A stretch of 64,000 nt of DNA, from NCBI GenBank assembly GCA_016718525.1, contig JADKDD010000002.1:639047-703046 (forward strand), in the 5' to 3' direction. The stretch's first letter is position 1, and each line of letters opens with the position of its first letter. Positions 46,811-55,854 of this stretch are shown here, in pieces. Under the pieces are notes generated by a model. The model saw nothing but the letters and a program-made list of their open reading frames with translations. It was not told the origin of the DNA and made no database searches. The stretch is from Rhodocyclaceae bacterium (GTDB taxonomy: Bacteria; Pseudomonadota; Gammaproteobacteria; Burkholderiales; Rhodocyclaceae). Both the position numbers and the translations under genes were made by a program.

Positions 46811-48112
46811 TCAAACCGCTGCTGCAATCGACGCATCAATAATATCGAGCGCTTCATCGAAGTGAGCGTCAGCAATCGTCAGCGGATAAAGAAAACGCAC
46901 GACGTTGAAATACACGCCGCAAGTGAGCAGAATCAAACCGCGATTGCGCGCTTCGCTCTGTACCCGTTTGGTGAAATCTGCATCGGGTTTACCAGTCTTC
47001 GGATCATTAAATTCGCAGGCAATCATTGAGCCGGGGCCGCGAATGTCGGCGATCTGCGGGAATTTCTTGGCAGCATTTGCAAGGCGCGCCTTGAGCTTGT
47101 CGCCAAGCATGTTGGAGCGAGCAATCAGCCCTTCTTCCTCAATTGCGGCAATCACCGCATGCGATGCGGCGATCGCCAAAGGGTTGCCGGCATAGGTTCC
47201 ACCGAGACCGCCAGGTGCAGGCGCGTCCATGATTTCGGCACGGCCGCAGACGGCGGAAAGCGTGGTGCCGCCGGCCATGCTTTTGGCCATGGTCATGATG
47301 TCGGGCAAGACGTCGTAGTGATTCATGGCAAACCATTTTCCGGTACGACCGAATCCAGTCTGGACTTCATCGGCCACCATCAAGATGCCGTGTTCGTCGC
47401 AAATCTTGCGCAGCGCGGTCATGAATTCAGGCGGTGCCATATAGAAACCGCCCTCGCCTTGCACCGGCTCCAAAATAATCGCTGCAACGCGCTTGGCTTC
47501 AATTTCGGATTTGAAAATATGTTCGATGTAGGCGAGCGAATCCTCAACGCTGACGCCATGTAACGGAATCGGAAACGGCGCGTGAAATATTTCACCCGGG
47601 AAAGGGCCGAAGCCGATCTTGTAGGGCGCCACTTTGCCGGTGAGTGCGGCTGCCATCATCGAGCGGCCGTGGAAGGCGCCTGAGAAAGCGATGATGCCGG
47701 AGCGGCCGGTAGCGCAGCGGGCGATTTTGACAACGTTCTCGACCGCCTCGGCGCCAGTGGAAAAGAACGCGGTCTTTTTGGCGTGGTTGCCGGGTGTGAT
47801 CTGATTGATCTTTTCAGCCAGCGTGACATACGACTCGTAGGGCACGACCTGATAGCACGAGTGCGTGAATCGATCGATCTGCGCCTTGAGTGCGGCGACA
47901 ACTTTGGGATGGCGGTGACCGGTGTTGAGTACCGCGATGCCACCGGCGAAGTCGATGAAGCGGCGGCCTTCAACATCCCACAGCTCGCCATTTTCGGCAC
48001 GATCAATAAAGAAATCTGCCATTACGCCGATGCCGCGCGGGGTGGCGGCGAGACGACGGGCGTGGAGTTCCGCGTTGCTGACTTTGATGGTTGATTTCAT
48101 CGGCGCATTCAT
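46811..48112 (-). CDS. gabT: 4-aminobutyrate--2-oxoglutarate transaminase
   Basis: NAELHARRLAATPRGIG...DFAGGIAVLNTGHRHPKVVAAL... is closely GabT-like. The ATG at 48112 forms an ATGA overlap with the upstream ALDH stop. Starts at 48130 or 48100 are also possible. Confidence 0.9.
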   Translation of the reverse strand: MNAPMKSTIKVSNAELHARRLAATPRGIGVMADFFIDRAENGELWDVEGRRFIDFAGGIAVLNTGHRHPKVVAALKAQIDRFTHSCYQVVPYESYVTLAEKINQITPGNHAKKTAFFSTGAEAVENVVKIARCATGRSGIIAFSGAFHGRSMMAAALTGKVAPYKIGFGPFPGEIFHAPFPIPLHGVSVEDSLAYIEHIFKSEIEAKRVAAIILEPVQGEGGFYMAPPEFMTALRKICDEHGILMVADEVQTGFGRTGKWFAMNHYDVLPDIMTMAKSMAGGTTLSAVCGRAEIMDAPAPGGLGGTYAGNPLAIAASHAVIAAIEEEGLIARSNMLGDKLKARLANAAKKFPQIADIRGPGSMIACEFNDPKTGKPDADFTKRVQSEARNRGLILLTCGVYFNVVRFLYPLTIADAHFDEALDIIDASIAAAV

Positions 48113-49605
48113 TGGTCTATCCTTATCCACGTGGTCTTCAGCTCGGTGTACTTTTCCATCGCGTGCAGTGATTTGTCGCGGCCATTGCCCGACTGTTTGT
48201 AGCCGCCAAAGGGTACGGTGATGTCGTCTTCATCATAGGAATTCACATGCACGGTGCCGGCACGTAGTGCGCGCGCAACGCGGTGCGCCCGAGACAGATT
48301 GCCCGACCAGACGGCGGCGTTGAGTCCATAGGGAGAATCGTTGGCCATCGCGATGGCATCGGCCTCGTCTTTGAAGCGAATGATGCTCAGCACCGGCCCG
48401 AAGATTTCTTCGCGGGTGATCTTCATGTCATTGCTGCAACCGTCGAAAACGGTTGGCGCAACAAAAAAACCGCCGGACTCAGGTCGTGCCTGTACTCCGC
48501 CAGCGACACATTTGGCGCCTTCGTTCTTGCCGGCTTCGATGTAGCCAAGCACCACATTCATCTGCCCGACATCGACCAGCGCGCCAAGTTCCGTGTTTGC
48601 GTCCAAAGGATCGCCTGCAGCATAGCCAGGTGTTTGCGCAACGATCCGGGCGACAAATTCATCGGCGATGGATTCCTGTACGAACAAGCGCGACGGCGCG
48701 TTACAGGATTCGCCCTGGTTGTAGAACATGCTGCCGGCAGCGGTTTCTGCCGCGCGCTGCAAATCATCGCAATCGGCAAAGATGAGGTTGGCCGATTTTC
48801 CGCCAAGCTCGTTGTACACGCGCTTCAGGTTTGATCGACCAGCGTATTCCAGCATCTTGCGACCGACGCGCGTCGAACCGGTAAAACCAATCGCATCGAC
48901 GTCCATGTGCAGTGCCAGTGCTTCACCCGCTTCGTGGCCAAAGCCTGGCACAACATTGAAGACGCCCTCGGGTAGCCCGGCTTCAAGGGCAAGCTCTGCC
49001 AGTCGCAAGGCGGTCAACGGTGACTTCTCGGACGGCTTGAGCACCACGCTATTGCCGGTTGCCAGGGCCGGGCCAAGTTTCCATGCGGCCATCAGCATTG
49101 GGTAGTTCCACGGCACGATGACGCCGATGACGCCCATTGGTTCGCGATCAATCAGTGCCAAGGCATTGTCCCCGGTTGGTGCAATTTCGCCATACACCTT
49201 GTCGATGGCTTCACCGTACCAGGCGATACAGTTCGCCGAGCCGGGCACATCGGCGGCGAGACTATTTTTAATCGGCTTACCCATGTCTAGCGTTTCCAGC
49301 AGCGCCAATTCATCGCAATGTGCAAGCATTTTTTCTGCGAACGCCTGCAGGATTTTCTTTCGCGCAGACGGTGCTTGCCCGGCCCAGGTGCGGGCGTTGA
49401 ATGCTCGCCGGGCCGCGGCAACAGCGAGATCAATATCCGCCAATTGCCCGCGCGCGATTTGTCCGAGTACTTTGCCATTCAGCGGCGAGATGCAGTCAAA
49501 GGTTTGTGAGTTGGTGCTGGCGACACGCCGTCCGTTGATCAAGCAGCGGCCATCAATACTCACTGCTGCTGCGCGGGCATGCCAATCGGGTGTTGGAGTA
49601 TTCAT
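48109..49605 (-). CDS. NAD(P)-dependent aldehyde dehydrogenase, PuuC/PauC/KauB-like (gamma-glutamyl-gamma-aminobutyraldehyde / aminobutyraldehyde)
   Basis: 498 aa. ALDH catalytic motifs ELGGKS and the FYNQGESCNAPSR Cys region. N-terminus resembles PuuC. Confidence 0.85.
   Translation of the reverse strand: MNTPTPDWHARAAAVSIDGRCLINGRRVASTNSQTFDCISPLNGKVLGQIARGQLADIDLAVAAARRAFNARTWAGQAPSARKKILQAFAEKMLAHCDELALLETLDMGKPIKNSLAADVPGSANCIAWYGEAIDKVYGEIAPTGDNALALIDREPMGVIGVIVPWNYPMLMAAWKLGPALATGNSVVLKPSEKSPLTALRLAELALEAGLPEGVFNVVPGFGHEAGEALALHMDVDAIGFTGSTRVGRKMLEYAGRSNLKRVYNELGGKSANLIFADCDDLQRAAETAAGSMFYNQGESCNAPSRLFVQESIADEFVARIVAQTPGYAAGDPLDANTELGALVDVGQMNVVLGYIEAGKNEGAKCVAGGVQARPESGGFFVAPTVFDGCSNDMKITREEIFGPVLSIIRFKDEADAIAMANDSPYGLNAAVWSGNLSRAHRVARALRAGTVHVNSYDEDDITVPFGGYKQSGNGRDKSLHAMEKYTELKTTWIRIDQ
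49507..49538 (-). repeat. Copy C of the bipartite motif (rc: TCAACGGACGGCGTGTCGCCAGCACCAACTCA)
   Basis: Lies inside the ALDH gene in the sense orientation, encoding INGRRVASTNS. Has a 3-nt insertion relative to the other copies. Shares the exact 17-mer TGAGTTGGTGCTGGCGA with copy D. Confidence 0.6.
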
Positions 49606-49656
49606 ATTTGAAGATCCTATACAGGTGTCGTAGGTGAAGCTCTACTAGTAACAATC

Positions 49657-49792
49657 GAGCGTAGCTCGCTAATCAGTAACCCCGCCCCGGGGGTGGAGCA
49701 GGGGTTTCGCGGGGCACGCCCCGCGCCTGCGGAACGGCACAGGCATGCAAGCCTGTGCGCGCCCTGCAAGGGGGGAAGGGGTGGGGGGCTTT
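49657..49792. repeat. Structured GC-rich intergenic repeat, long copy (REP/MITE-like)
   Basis: The left arm AGCGTAGCTCGCTAATCAGTAACCCCGCC and right arm GGAAGGGGTGGGGGGCTTT match the element at 58606..58669. The interior carries two extra hairpins: CGCGGGG-CACG-CCCCGCG and GCACAGGC-ATGCAA-GCCTGTGC. Confidence 0.7.
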
Positions 49793-49806
49793 ATTTGCGC
49801 ATTGCT

Positions 49807-51264
49807 TCATCGATTTATGTCGCCAAGGCAAACGTATTTGATTTCCAAATAATCCTCAATGCCGTGCCGCGACCCTTCACGACCCAAACCTGATTGTTTG
49901 ACGCCACCGAACGGCGCTTCTGCGGTCGAGATCAGGCCGGTGTTAACGCCGACCATGCCGTATTCCAGGGCTTCGGCGACGCGGAAGATACGGCCGATAT
50001 CGCGACTGAAGAAATACGATGCCAGACCGAACTCGGTACGATTGGCCAGTTCGATTACTTCGGCCTCGTCTTTAAATTTGATCAAGGGCGCCACTGGGCC
50101 GAAGGTTTCTTCGCGGAAAATTTTCATGTCGGCAGTGACGCCGGTGAGTACGGTCGGCATGAAGAAGGTGCCACCCAGGGCGTGACGCTTGCCGCCCAAC
50201 GTTACGGCGCCGCCGTTGGCGAGCACATCCGCGACGTGTTCTTCTACCTTCAGCACGGCATCTTCATTGATCAATGGTCCCTGATTGACGCCATCGTCCA
50301 TGCCGTTGCCGACCTTGAATGCGGCAACCCGCGCTGCCAGCTTCTCGGCAAATTTGTCGTAGATCCCGGCCTGCACAAACAGGCGGTTGGCACAGACACA
50401 GGTTTGGCCCGAATTGCGAAACTTGGAAATGATTGCGCCTTCGACAGCGGAATCAAGATCGGCATCATCAAAGACAATGAACGGTGCGTTGCCACCCAGT
50501 TCCAGTGCCAGCTTTTTGATGGTTGGCGCGCACTGCTGCATCAGGATGCGGCCAACTTCCGTTGATCCGGTGAAAGACAGTTTGGTGACCGTCGGGTTGG
50601 AAGTCATCTCGCCGCCGATGGCGTGCGAATCACCAGTGATGACCGACATAAGTCCCGCAGGCAAACCGGCCTCTTCGGCCAACACGGCCAGCGCAAAGGC
50701 GGATAGTGGTGTCTCCAGTGCCGGCTTGATCACTTGCGCGCAGCCGGCCGCAAGTGCCGGGCCGACCTTACGGGTGATCATTGCATTGGGGAAATTCCAC
50801 GGCGTGATTGCCGCAGTAACACCAATGGGTTGCTTGAGCACCAGAATGCGTTTGTCTGCCGCGTGCTGCGGAACGGTTTCGCCGTACACGCGTTTGCCTT
50901 CTTCCGCGAACCACTCGATGAACGAAGCACCATAGGCAATTTCGCCGCGTGCTTCGTTCAGTGATTTACCCATTTCGGTGGTGAGAATGATCGCCAGATC
51001 TTCCTGATTGGCCATCATCAGCTCGAACCACTTGCGCAGAATTCCGGCGCGGTCTTTCGCGGTGCGCGCAGCCCACAAATTTTGCGCTACCTTGGCACCA
51101 TCGATCGCGCGCCGCGTTTCTGCGGCACCCATCACCGGGACATGCGCGATGATTTCGCCGGTCGCCGGATTTGTGACCGGCGCAGTGCTGCCGTCATCAG
51201 CCCCTACCCATTTGCCGTTGAGATAGCACTGCTGACGAAGTAAATCGGGGCGTTTAAGTAGCAT
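49807..51264 (-). CDS. gabD: NAD(P)-dependent succinate-semialdehyde dehydrogenase
   Basis: 485 aa. YLNGKWVG...VTNPATGEIIA N-terminus and full-length GabD-like ALDH motifs. Confidence 0.9.
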   Translation of the reverse strand: MLLKRPDLLRQQCYLNGKWVGADDGSTAPVTNPATGEIIAHVPVMGAAETRRAIDGAKVAQNLWAARTAKDRAGILRKWFELMMANQEDLAIILTTEMGKSLNEARGEIAYGASFIEWFAEEGKRVYGETVPQHAADKRILVLKQPIGVTAAITPWNFPNAMITRKVGPALAAGCAQVIKPALETPLSAFALAVLAEEAGLPAGLMSVITGDSHAIGGEMTSNPTVTKLSFTGSTEVGRILMQQCAPTIKKLALELGGNAPFIVFDDADLDSAVEGAIISKFRNSGQTCVCANRLFVQAGIYDKFAEKLAARVAAFKVGNGMDDGVNQGPLINEDAVLKVEEHVADVLANGGAVTLGGKRHALGGTFFMPTVLTGVTADMKIFREETFGPVAPLIKFKDEAEVIELANRTEFGLASYFFSRDIGRIFRVAEALEYGMVGVNTGLISTAEAPFGGVKQSGLGREGSRHGIEDYLEIKYVCLGDINR

Positions 51265-51283
51265 GATGATGATTCCAGAAGTA

Positions 51284-51307
51284 ACGCCGGGAAGTCACTC
51301 CCGGCGT
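51284..51307 (-). terminator. 9-bp stem-loop between porin and gabD (ACGCCGGGA-AGTCAC-TCCCGGCGT)
   Basis: Intercistronic hairpin with a weak U-tract. Could be an attenuator or mRNA-stability element. Confidence 0.35.
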
Positions 51308-51388
51308 AAATTGATCGACACGCGGCCAACAAAGATCGGCGCCATTCACCCACCGTGGCAGGTGGATGAAACAGCGCCGGGGTAACGC

Positions 51389-52840
51389 TTAGAACTTCAC
51401 GACGGTTTGCACACCAACCAGACTGTTGGAGTTTTTCCAGTTGGTGAAATCCTGATTGACGAACGAATTCAGGTTTGAATGATCATAGCGATACTCAAAC
51501 TTGAGCAAGGCGTTTTCGTTGTATTGATAGTTCAGTCCCAGGGTGAGTGCGGTACGTTTGGTGCCTTTGTTGATATTGCCAAGCTCCCAAATTCCTGAGG
51601 CCGCGTTGTAATTCACACCCGGACCAAAACCGCTGCGGTAGTCCCCGCAGATCGCGGCCAATGTAGCGGTCCCGGTGCCATCATCCGGACATGGCGTGCC
51701 AAAGACAATTGCCGCGCCACCGCCGCCGTTCTTGCCGTTGTCCAGATAGTCACCGCGAATATGCGCCTCCCATTCAGGCGTCAGTTTGTAAGCGGCCAAT
51801 AGCGATACGCCGGTCATCGAGGCGTCGCCGCCATTGAAGGCGCCATTGTTCATTTTGGAGCCTTCCAGCTGCGCGTTCAGTGTCAGATCGCCACGGGTGT
51901 ACCAGTAGTCTGCCTCTAGATAGTTATAGGCGGAGCCATAAATCTTGCCGTGCATGCCGGAAATCCCCCAGCCTGAGAATTCACCGAGGGTGACGTCGCC
52001 ACGCCAATGCGCGCCGAAATTATTGTCACCCGGGAGGTCGCGATAGGTATTCAGATTACCGGCCATGGTCTTCACAGCCATTGAACCGATCTTGAAGTTC
52101 AAGCCCGCGCCGGTAACAAATGACGGGCCACCGAAATCCCACAGCAAATTGTGAGTAATCGATTTTTTCTGGAATGAATCGGTGTATTCATAACCGTTAA
52201 AGCTGATGACTTTACCTGCAACCGCAGACATACCATCACCAATCGGAACGGTTACGGTCGCCTCTTCAATAATTGTTGCCGATCCTGTGGCTGACTTTTG
52301 AGGGCGGAGGTTAACCATGGTCATCATCCCGCCGCCAAGGTCTTTTTCAAATTTGATGCTGACGCCACCAAAATTGCTGTTGTCATAACCCCAGGCATCC
52401 TGCTTCAGATCATTGACTTCGCCATCCTGTGCATTCAGGAATTGAAACGACCCTCGATGCGCCCTGGCGTTATAAATATAGATAGGATCGATCATGCCCG
52501 AGATCTTCAAGCCTTTCATGCCATTGGCTTCCTGCGAGTCCTCCATTGCCTCGACTTTGACCCGGATGCGATTGAACTCTGCGGGGTCTACCGTTGCAAC
52601 CGGCGCTGGAGCAGGAGGCGCTTTGACGATTGCTGGTGCTGGAGCGGCAGCCTTTTCCATGACCATTTTTTTCAGTTCGGCAAGTTGCTTTTTGAGTTCG
52701 TCTATTTCACTCTGCAGTTGCTCTGTCGTTGGTTTCGCCGTGGCTTGCGTGGCCGCAGAAGCATTAAGTGGATAGGCAAACGCCAATGCCAACACCAGGG
52801 GGCTCAATTTGGTACTCAAATTCAAAAATGGTTTGGTCAT
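51389..52840 (-). CDS. Outer-membrane porin-like protein with N-terminal coiled coil (possibly DUF3138-like)
   Basis: Start set at the ATG at 52840 (MTKPFLNLSTKLSPLVLALAFAYPLNASA). Coiled coil QLQSEIDELKKQLAELKKMV, an Ala/Pro linker, then a beta-barrel-like region ending ...VGVQTVVKF. Confidence 0.55.
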   Translation of the reverse strand: MTKPFLNLSTKLSPLVLALAFAYPLNASAATQATAKPTTEQLQSEIDELKKQLAELKKMVMEKAAAPAPAIVKAPPAPAPVATVDPAEFNRIRVKVEAMEDSQEANGMKGLKISGMIDPIYIYNARAHRGSFQFLNAQDGEVNDLKQDAWGYDNSNFGGVSIKFEKDLGGGMMTMVNLRPQKSATGSATIIEEATVTVPIGDGMSAVAGKVISFNGYEYTDSFQKKSITHNLLWDFGGPSFVTGAGLNFKIGSMAVKTMAGNLNTYRDLPGDNNFGAHWRGDVTLGEFSGWGISGMHGKIYGSAYNYLEADYWYTRGDLTLNAQLEGSKMNNGAFNGGDASMTGVSLLAAYKLTPEWEAHIRGDYLDNGKNGGGGAAIVFGTPCPDDGTGTATLAAICGDYRSGFGPGVNYNAASGIWELGNINKGTKRTALTLGLNYQYNENALLKFEYRYDHSNLNSFVNQDFTNWKNSNSLVGVQTVVKF

Positions 52841-52902
52841 AACGGCTCCTTTAGTTTGATTGGCAAGTGCTACGTTCTTGTTGATGCATTGAATCAATGA
52901 AC

Positions 52903-53737
52903 TCATCCATCACGATAAGCCGCAGCCTGCTCGGCAGCGCGACGCTTTTCCTGCTTGTACATCCACAGACTGCCGGCCATGACACCGACCGCAACCACCG
53001 CAACGGTGATCGTGGCAATGGCATTGATGGTCGGGTTCAAACCCAGCTTTGCGCGTGACAAGATCAGTACCGGCAAGGTGGTCGAACCGGGCCCGGACAG
53101 GAAGGCAGTTGCCACCACATCGTCAAGCGAAACGGTAAATGTCAGCAGCCAGGCCGACGCCAGCGCCTGGCCGATCATCGGCAAGGTCACCAGATAGAAA
53201 ACCTGAAATGGCTTGCAGCCCAAATCCTGCGCCGCTTCTTCGAGCGATTTATCCATCTCCAGCAAACGCGACTGAATTACCACCGCAGCGTATGCCATTC
53301 CAACTGAGGTGTGTCCGGCCCAGATCAAACATGCCGCGCTCCGGCCAGCCAAACGTGCGTTGTAGCATCACAAAAAACAATAGCAGGGACAGGCCGGTAA
53401 TGACTTCCGGCACCACCAGCGGGGCGCTCAAATGGGCGGAGAAAACGGTTCGGCCAAGAAATTTCTTGTAACGCACCATCGCAAAGGCGCCGAGCATGCC
53501 AAGCACTACCGAACTGGTTGCGGTGGTCACCGCGAGCTTTAAAGACAGCTTAAGCGCTTCGAGAACTTCGCGGTCTTCCGCCAGCACCGAGTACCACTTA
53601 AATGTGAAACCACCCCAAACCGTAACCATCTTTGAATCGTTAAACGAATAAACGATCAGCGTGAGAATCGGCAGGTAGAGAAAGGCATACCCTGCCATGA
53701 GCCAGAAGCGTCCGAAATTATTCACGCCGCCGTTCAT
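52903..53737 (-). pseudogene. Polyamine ABC transporter permease (PotI/PotC/SpuH-like) interrupted by a +1 frameshift
   Basis: The N-terminal part (53249..53737) reads a normal PotI-like sequence up to ...FGWPERGM. The C-terminal part (...IWAGHTSVGMAYAAVVIQSRLLEMDKSLEEAAQDLG..., EAA loop) continues in the +1 frame (52903..53352). Removing one T from the coding-strand TTT (plus-strand AAA at 53327-53329) restores a single ORF. Confidence 0.8.
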
Positions 53738-54654
53738 CAGACAGAACCTCTGCCAACGCCATCGGTTTGATACTTGTTGAACAACGCAAGCGGGAAAAGG
53801 ATCAGGAATACCATGGTGACCGCCACGGCAGAGGCCATCGACCAGTCATTGTTGGAGAAGAACTCATCCCACAATACACGTCCGATCATCAAGGTCTCAG
53901 GCCCGCCGAGCAGTTCGGGAATAACGTACTCGCCGACGCTCGGGATAAATACCAGCATTGATCCGGCGATGATGCCGTTTTTCGACAGCGGTACCGTCAC
54001 CAGCCAGAAGGCGCGGAACGGACTGGCGCCCAGATCGTTGGCCGCTTCAATCAGCCGGCCGTCCATTTTGACCAAGTTCGCGTAGAGAGGGAGGATCATG
54101 AACGGCAAATAGGTATACACCATACCCACTGACAACGAAAAGGCGGTGTACATCATCTTGATCGGCTCGTCGATCAGGCCAAACGACAACAGCAAGCTGT
54201 TGATCGTTCCGGAGTCGTCAAGCAAGCCCTTCCAGGCATACACGCGAAGCAGATACGAGGTCCAAAACGGAAGAGACACAAGCATCAGCAGCACCGGACG
54301 AATCGACACCGGGGAGCGTGCCATGAAGTAGGCAAACGGGTAGCCGATGAACAAACAGCACAAGGTGTTGATGGTGGCAAACTTGAGCGAGGATCCATAG
54401 GTATTGAGGTAAAGATCATCGGTGAACAAGAAGCGGTATTTCTGAAACGATGCCGTGAAGCTGAACACCCAGTCGTTGAAGGTGCTCAGATCCTCAAAAC
54501 GAATTCCGTCATTCGACGTGGAAACACTGATTTTGAGGACAACAAAAAACGGGATCGAGAAAACCAGAATCAAAAAGATGTAAGGCGTTCCGATGACCAT
54601 GAGCCGACCCCAACGGTCAACCAGTCGATCAACGAGCGATGTTGCGGTACTCAT
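53737..54654 (-). CDS. Polyamine ABC transporter permease (PotH/PotB/SpuG-like)
   Basis: 305 aa with the EAA-loop region IEAANDLGASPFRAFWLVTVPLS. The stop overlaps the next start (TGATG). Confidence 0.85.
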   Translation of the reverse strand: MSTATSLVDRLVDRWGRLMVIGTPYIFLILVFSIPFFVVLKISVSTSNDGIRFEDLSTFNDWVFSFTASFQKYRFLFTDDLYLNTYGSSLKFATINTLCCLFIGYPFAYFMARSPVSIRPVLLMLVSLPFWTSYLLRVYAWKGLLDDSGTINSLLLSFGLIDEPIKMMYTAFSLSVGMVYTYLPFMILPLYANLVKMDGRLIEAANDLGASPFRAFWLVTVPLSKNGIIAGSMLVFIPSVGEYVIPELLGGPETLMIGRVLWDEFFSNNDWSMASAVAVTMVFLILFPLALFNKYQTDGVGRGSV

Positions 54655-54668
54655 AGCCTTGTGGTCGT

Positions 54669-55778
54669 TCAGTTGATGAGCACAACCAGCGCGTCGGAGC
54701 GGCAGGTAACCCAGACCTCCTCACCCCGGCGGTAAAGTTCATCGTGCCGCTCGGTGTGCGTAATCGCTACCTGTATCCGCTGACCGCCCGCCAAGTCGAC
54801 CCGATAGACGGAAAAGCTGCCGTAGTAACCGCTGTCGACAACGGTTCCGCGGAATGCATTGCTGCTGATATCTTCAGGTGCTTCGGCTTGGAGTCCGATT
54901 TTCTCAGGGCGCAAAGCCACTGACAGGGACATGCCGATCGTTCCGGTGATGCCATGACCGACAAAGAACCGGCCTTGAGGTGTGTCAATTTCGCAATGAT
55001 CCGGCTCATCGACAACCAACACCCCGTCAAACAAATTGACCTTGCCGATGAAGTCGGCCACGAATCGACTGCTCGGTGTTTCATAAATCTCATGCGGGCG
55101 GCCGACCTGAATAAAGCTGCCTTCGCTCATGACCGCAATGCGATCAGCCATGGTCATCGCCTCTTCCTGATCGTGGGTGACCAGCACACAGGTAACACCG
55201 ACCGCCTTGATGATATTCACCAACTCAAACTGCGTTTGCTCGCGCAACTTTCTGTCCAGCGCGCCAAGCGGTTCATCAAGCAATAACAATTTTGGTTGTT
55301 TAGCCAGACAGCGCGCCAACGCAACGCGCTGTTGCTGTCCGCCCGACAACTGGTGCGGCTTGCGTTTGGCATAGCGCTTGAGCTGAACCATGTTGAGCAT
55401 TTCTTCAACACGCGCATTGATTTGCGCTTTGGGCATACCATCGCGTTTCAAGCCAAACGCGATGTTTTCGGTGACTGTCAAATGCGGGAAAAGTGCATAA
55501 GACTGAAACATCATGTTCATCGGCCGCTGATGTGGCGGCATGTTTATCACCGAAACGCCTTCCAGTGAGATATTGCCTTCGCTGGGCGTTTCAAATCCCG
55601 CCAACATTCGCAGCAGAGTCGATTTTCCACATCCGGACGACCCGAGCAGGGCGAAAATCTCACCCTTGGTAATGTCCAGGGACACATTATCGACAGCAGC
55701 GACATCCCCGAATCGCTTGGTTAACCGATCAATCCGGACAAACGCCTTGCTCGCTCCGTACGCGAAATTTGCTGTCAT
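54669..55778 (-). CDS. Polyamine ABC transporter ATP-binding protein (PotG/PotA/SpuF-like)
   Basis: 369 aa. Walker A GSSGCGKST, LSGGQQQR, Walker B LLLDEP and a C-terminal TOBE-like domain. Confidence 0.9.
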   Translation of the reverse strand: MTANFAYGASKAFVRIDRLTKRFGDVAAVDNVSLDITKGEIFALLGSSGCGKSTLLRMLAGFETPSEGNISLEGVSVINMPPHQRPMNMMFQSYALFPHLTVTENIAFGLKRDGMPKAQINARVEEMLNMVQLKRYAKRKPHQLSGGQQQRVALARCLAKQPKLLLLDEPLGALDRKLREQTQFELVNIIKAVGVTCVLVTHDQEEAMTMADRIAVMSEGSFIQVGRPHEIYETPSSRFVADFIGKVNLFDGVLVVDEPDHCEIDTPQGRFFVGHGITGTIGMSLSVALRPEKIGLQAEAPEDISSNAFRGTVVDSGYYGSFSVYRVDLAGGQRIQVAITHTERHDELYRRGEEVWVTCRSDALVVLIN

Positions 55779-55811
55779 TTACGAGCCCTTACACAAATCA
55801 TCTGCAAATTT

Positions 55812-55841
55812 CCAGCGGAGCAGAGACGCGCGCTCCGCTGG
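55812..55841 (-). terminator. 10-bp stem-loop after the binding-protein gene (CCAGCGGAGC...GCTCCGCTGG)
   Basis: Intercistronic hairpin between the SBP stop (55855) and the ATPase start (55778). This position is classic for partial terminators or stabilisers that raise SBP stoichiometry. Confidence 0.45.
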
Positions 55842-55854
55842 TAACCAAAGACTT

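Noticed and set aside
49693-49893. 66-aa ORF inside the GC-rich intergenic repeat.
   Set aside because: It is composed of the hairpin/repeat sequence (GGRGGG etc.) and overlaps the gabD 3' end. There is no coding signal.
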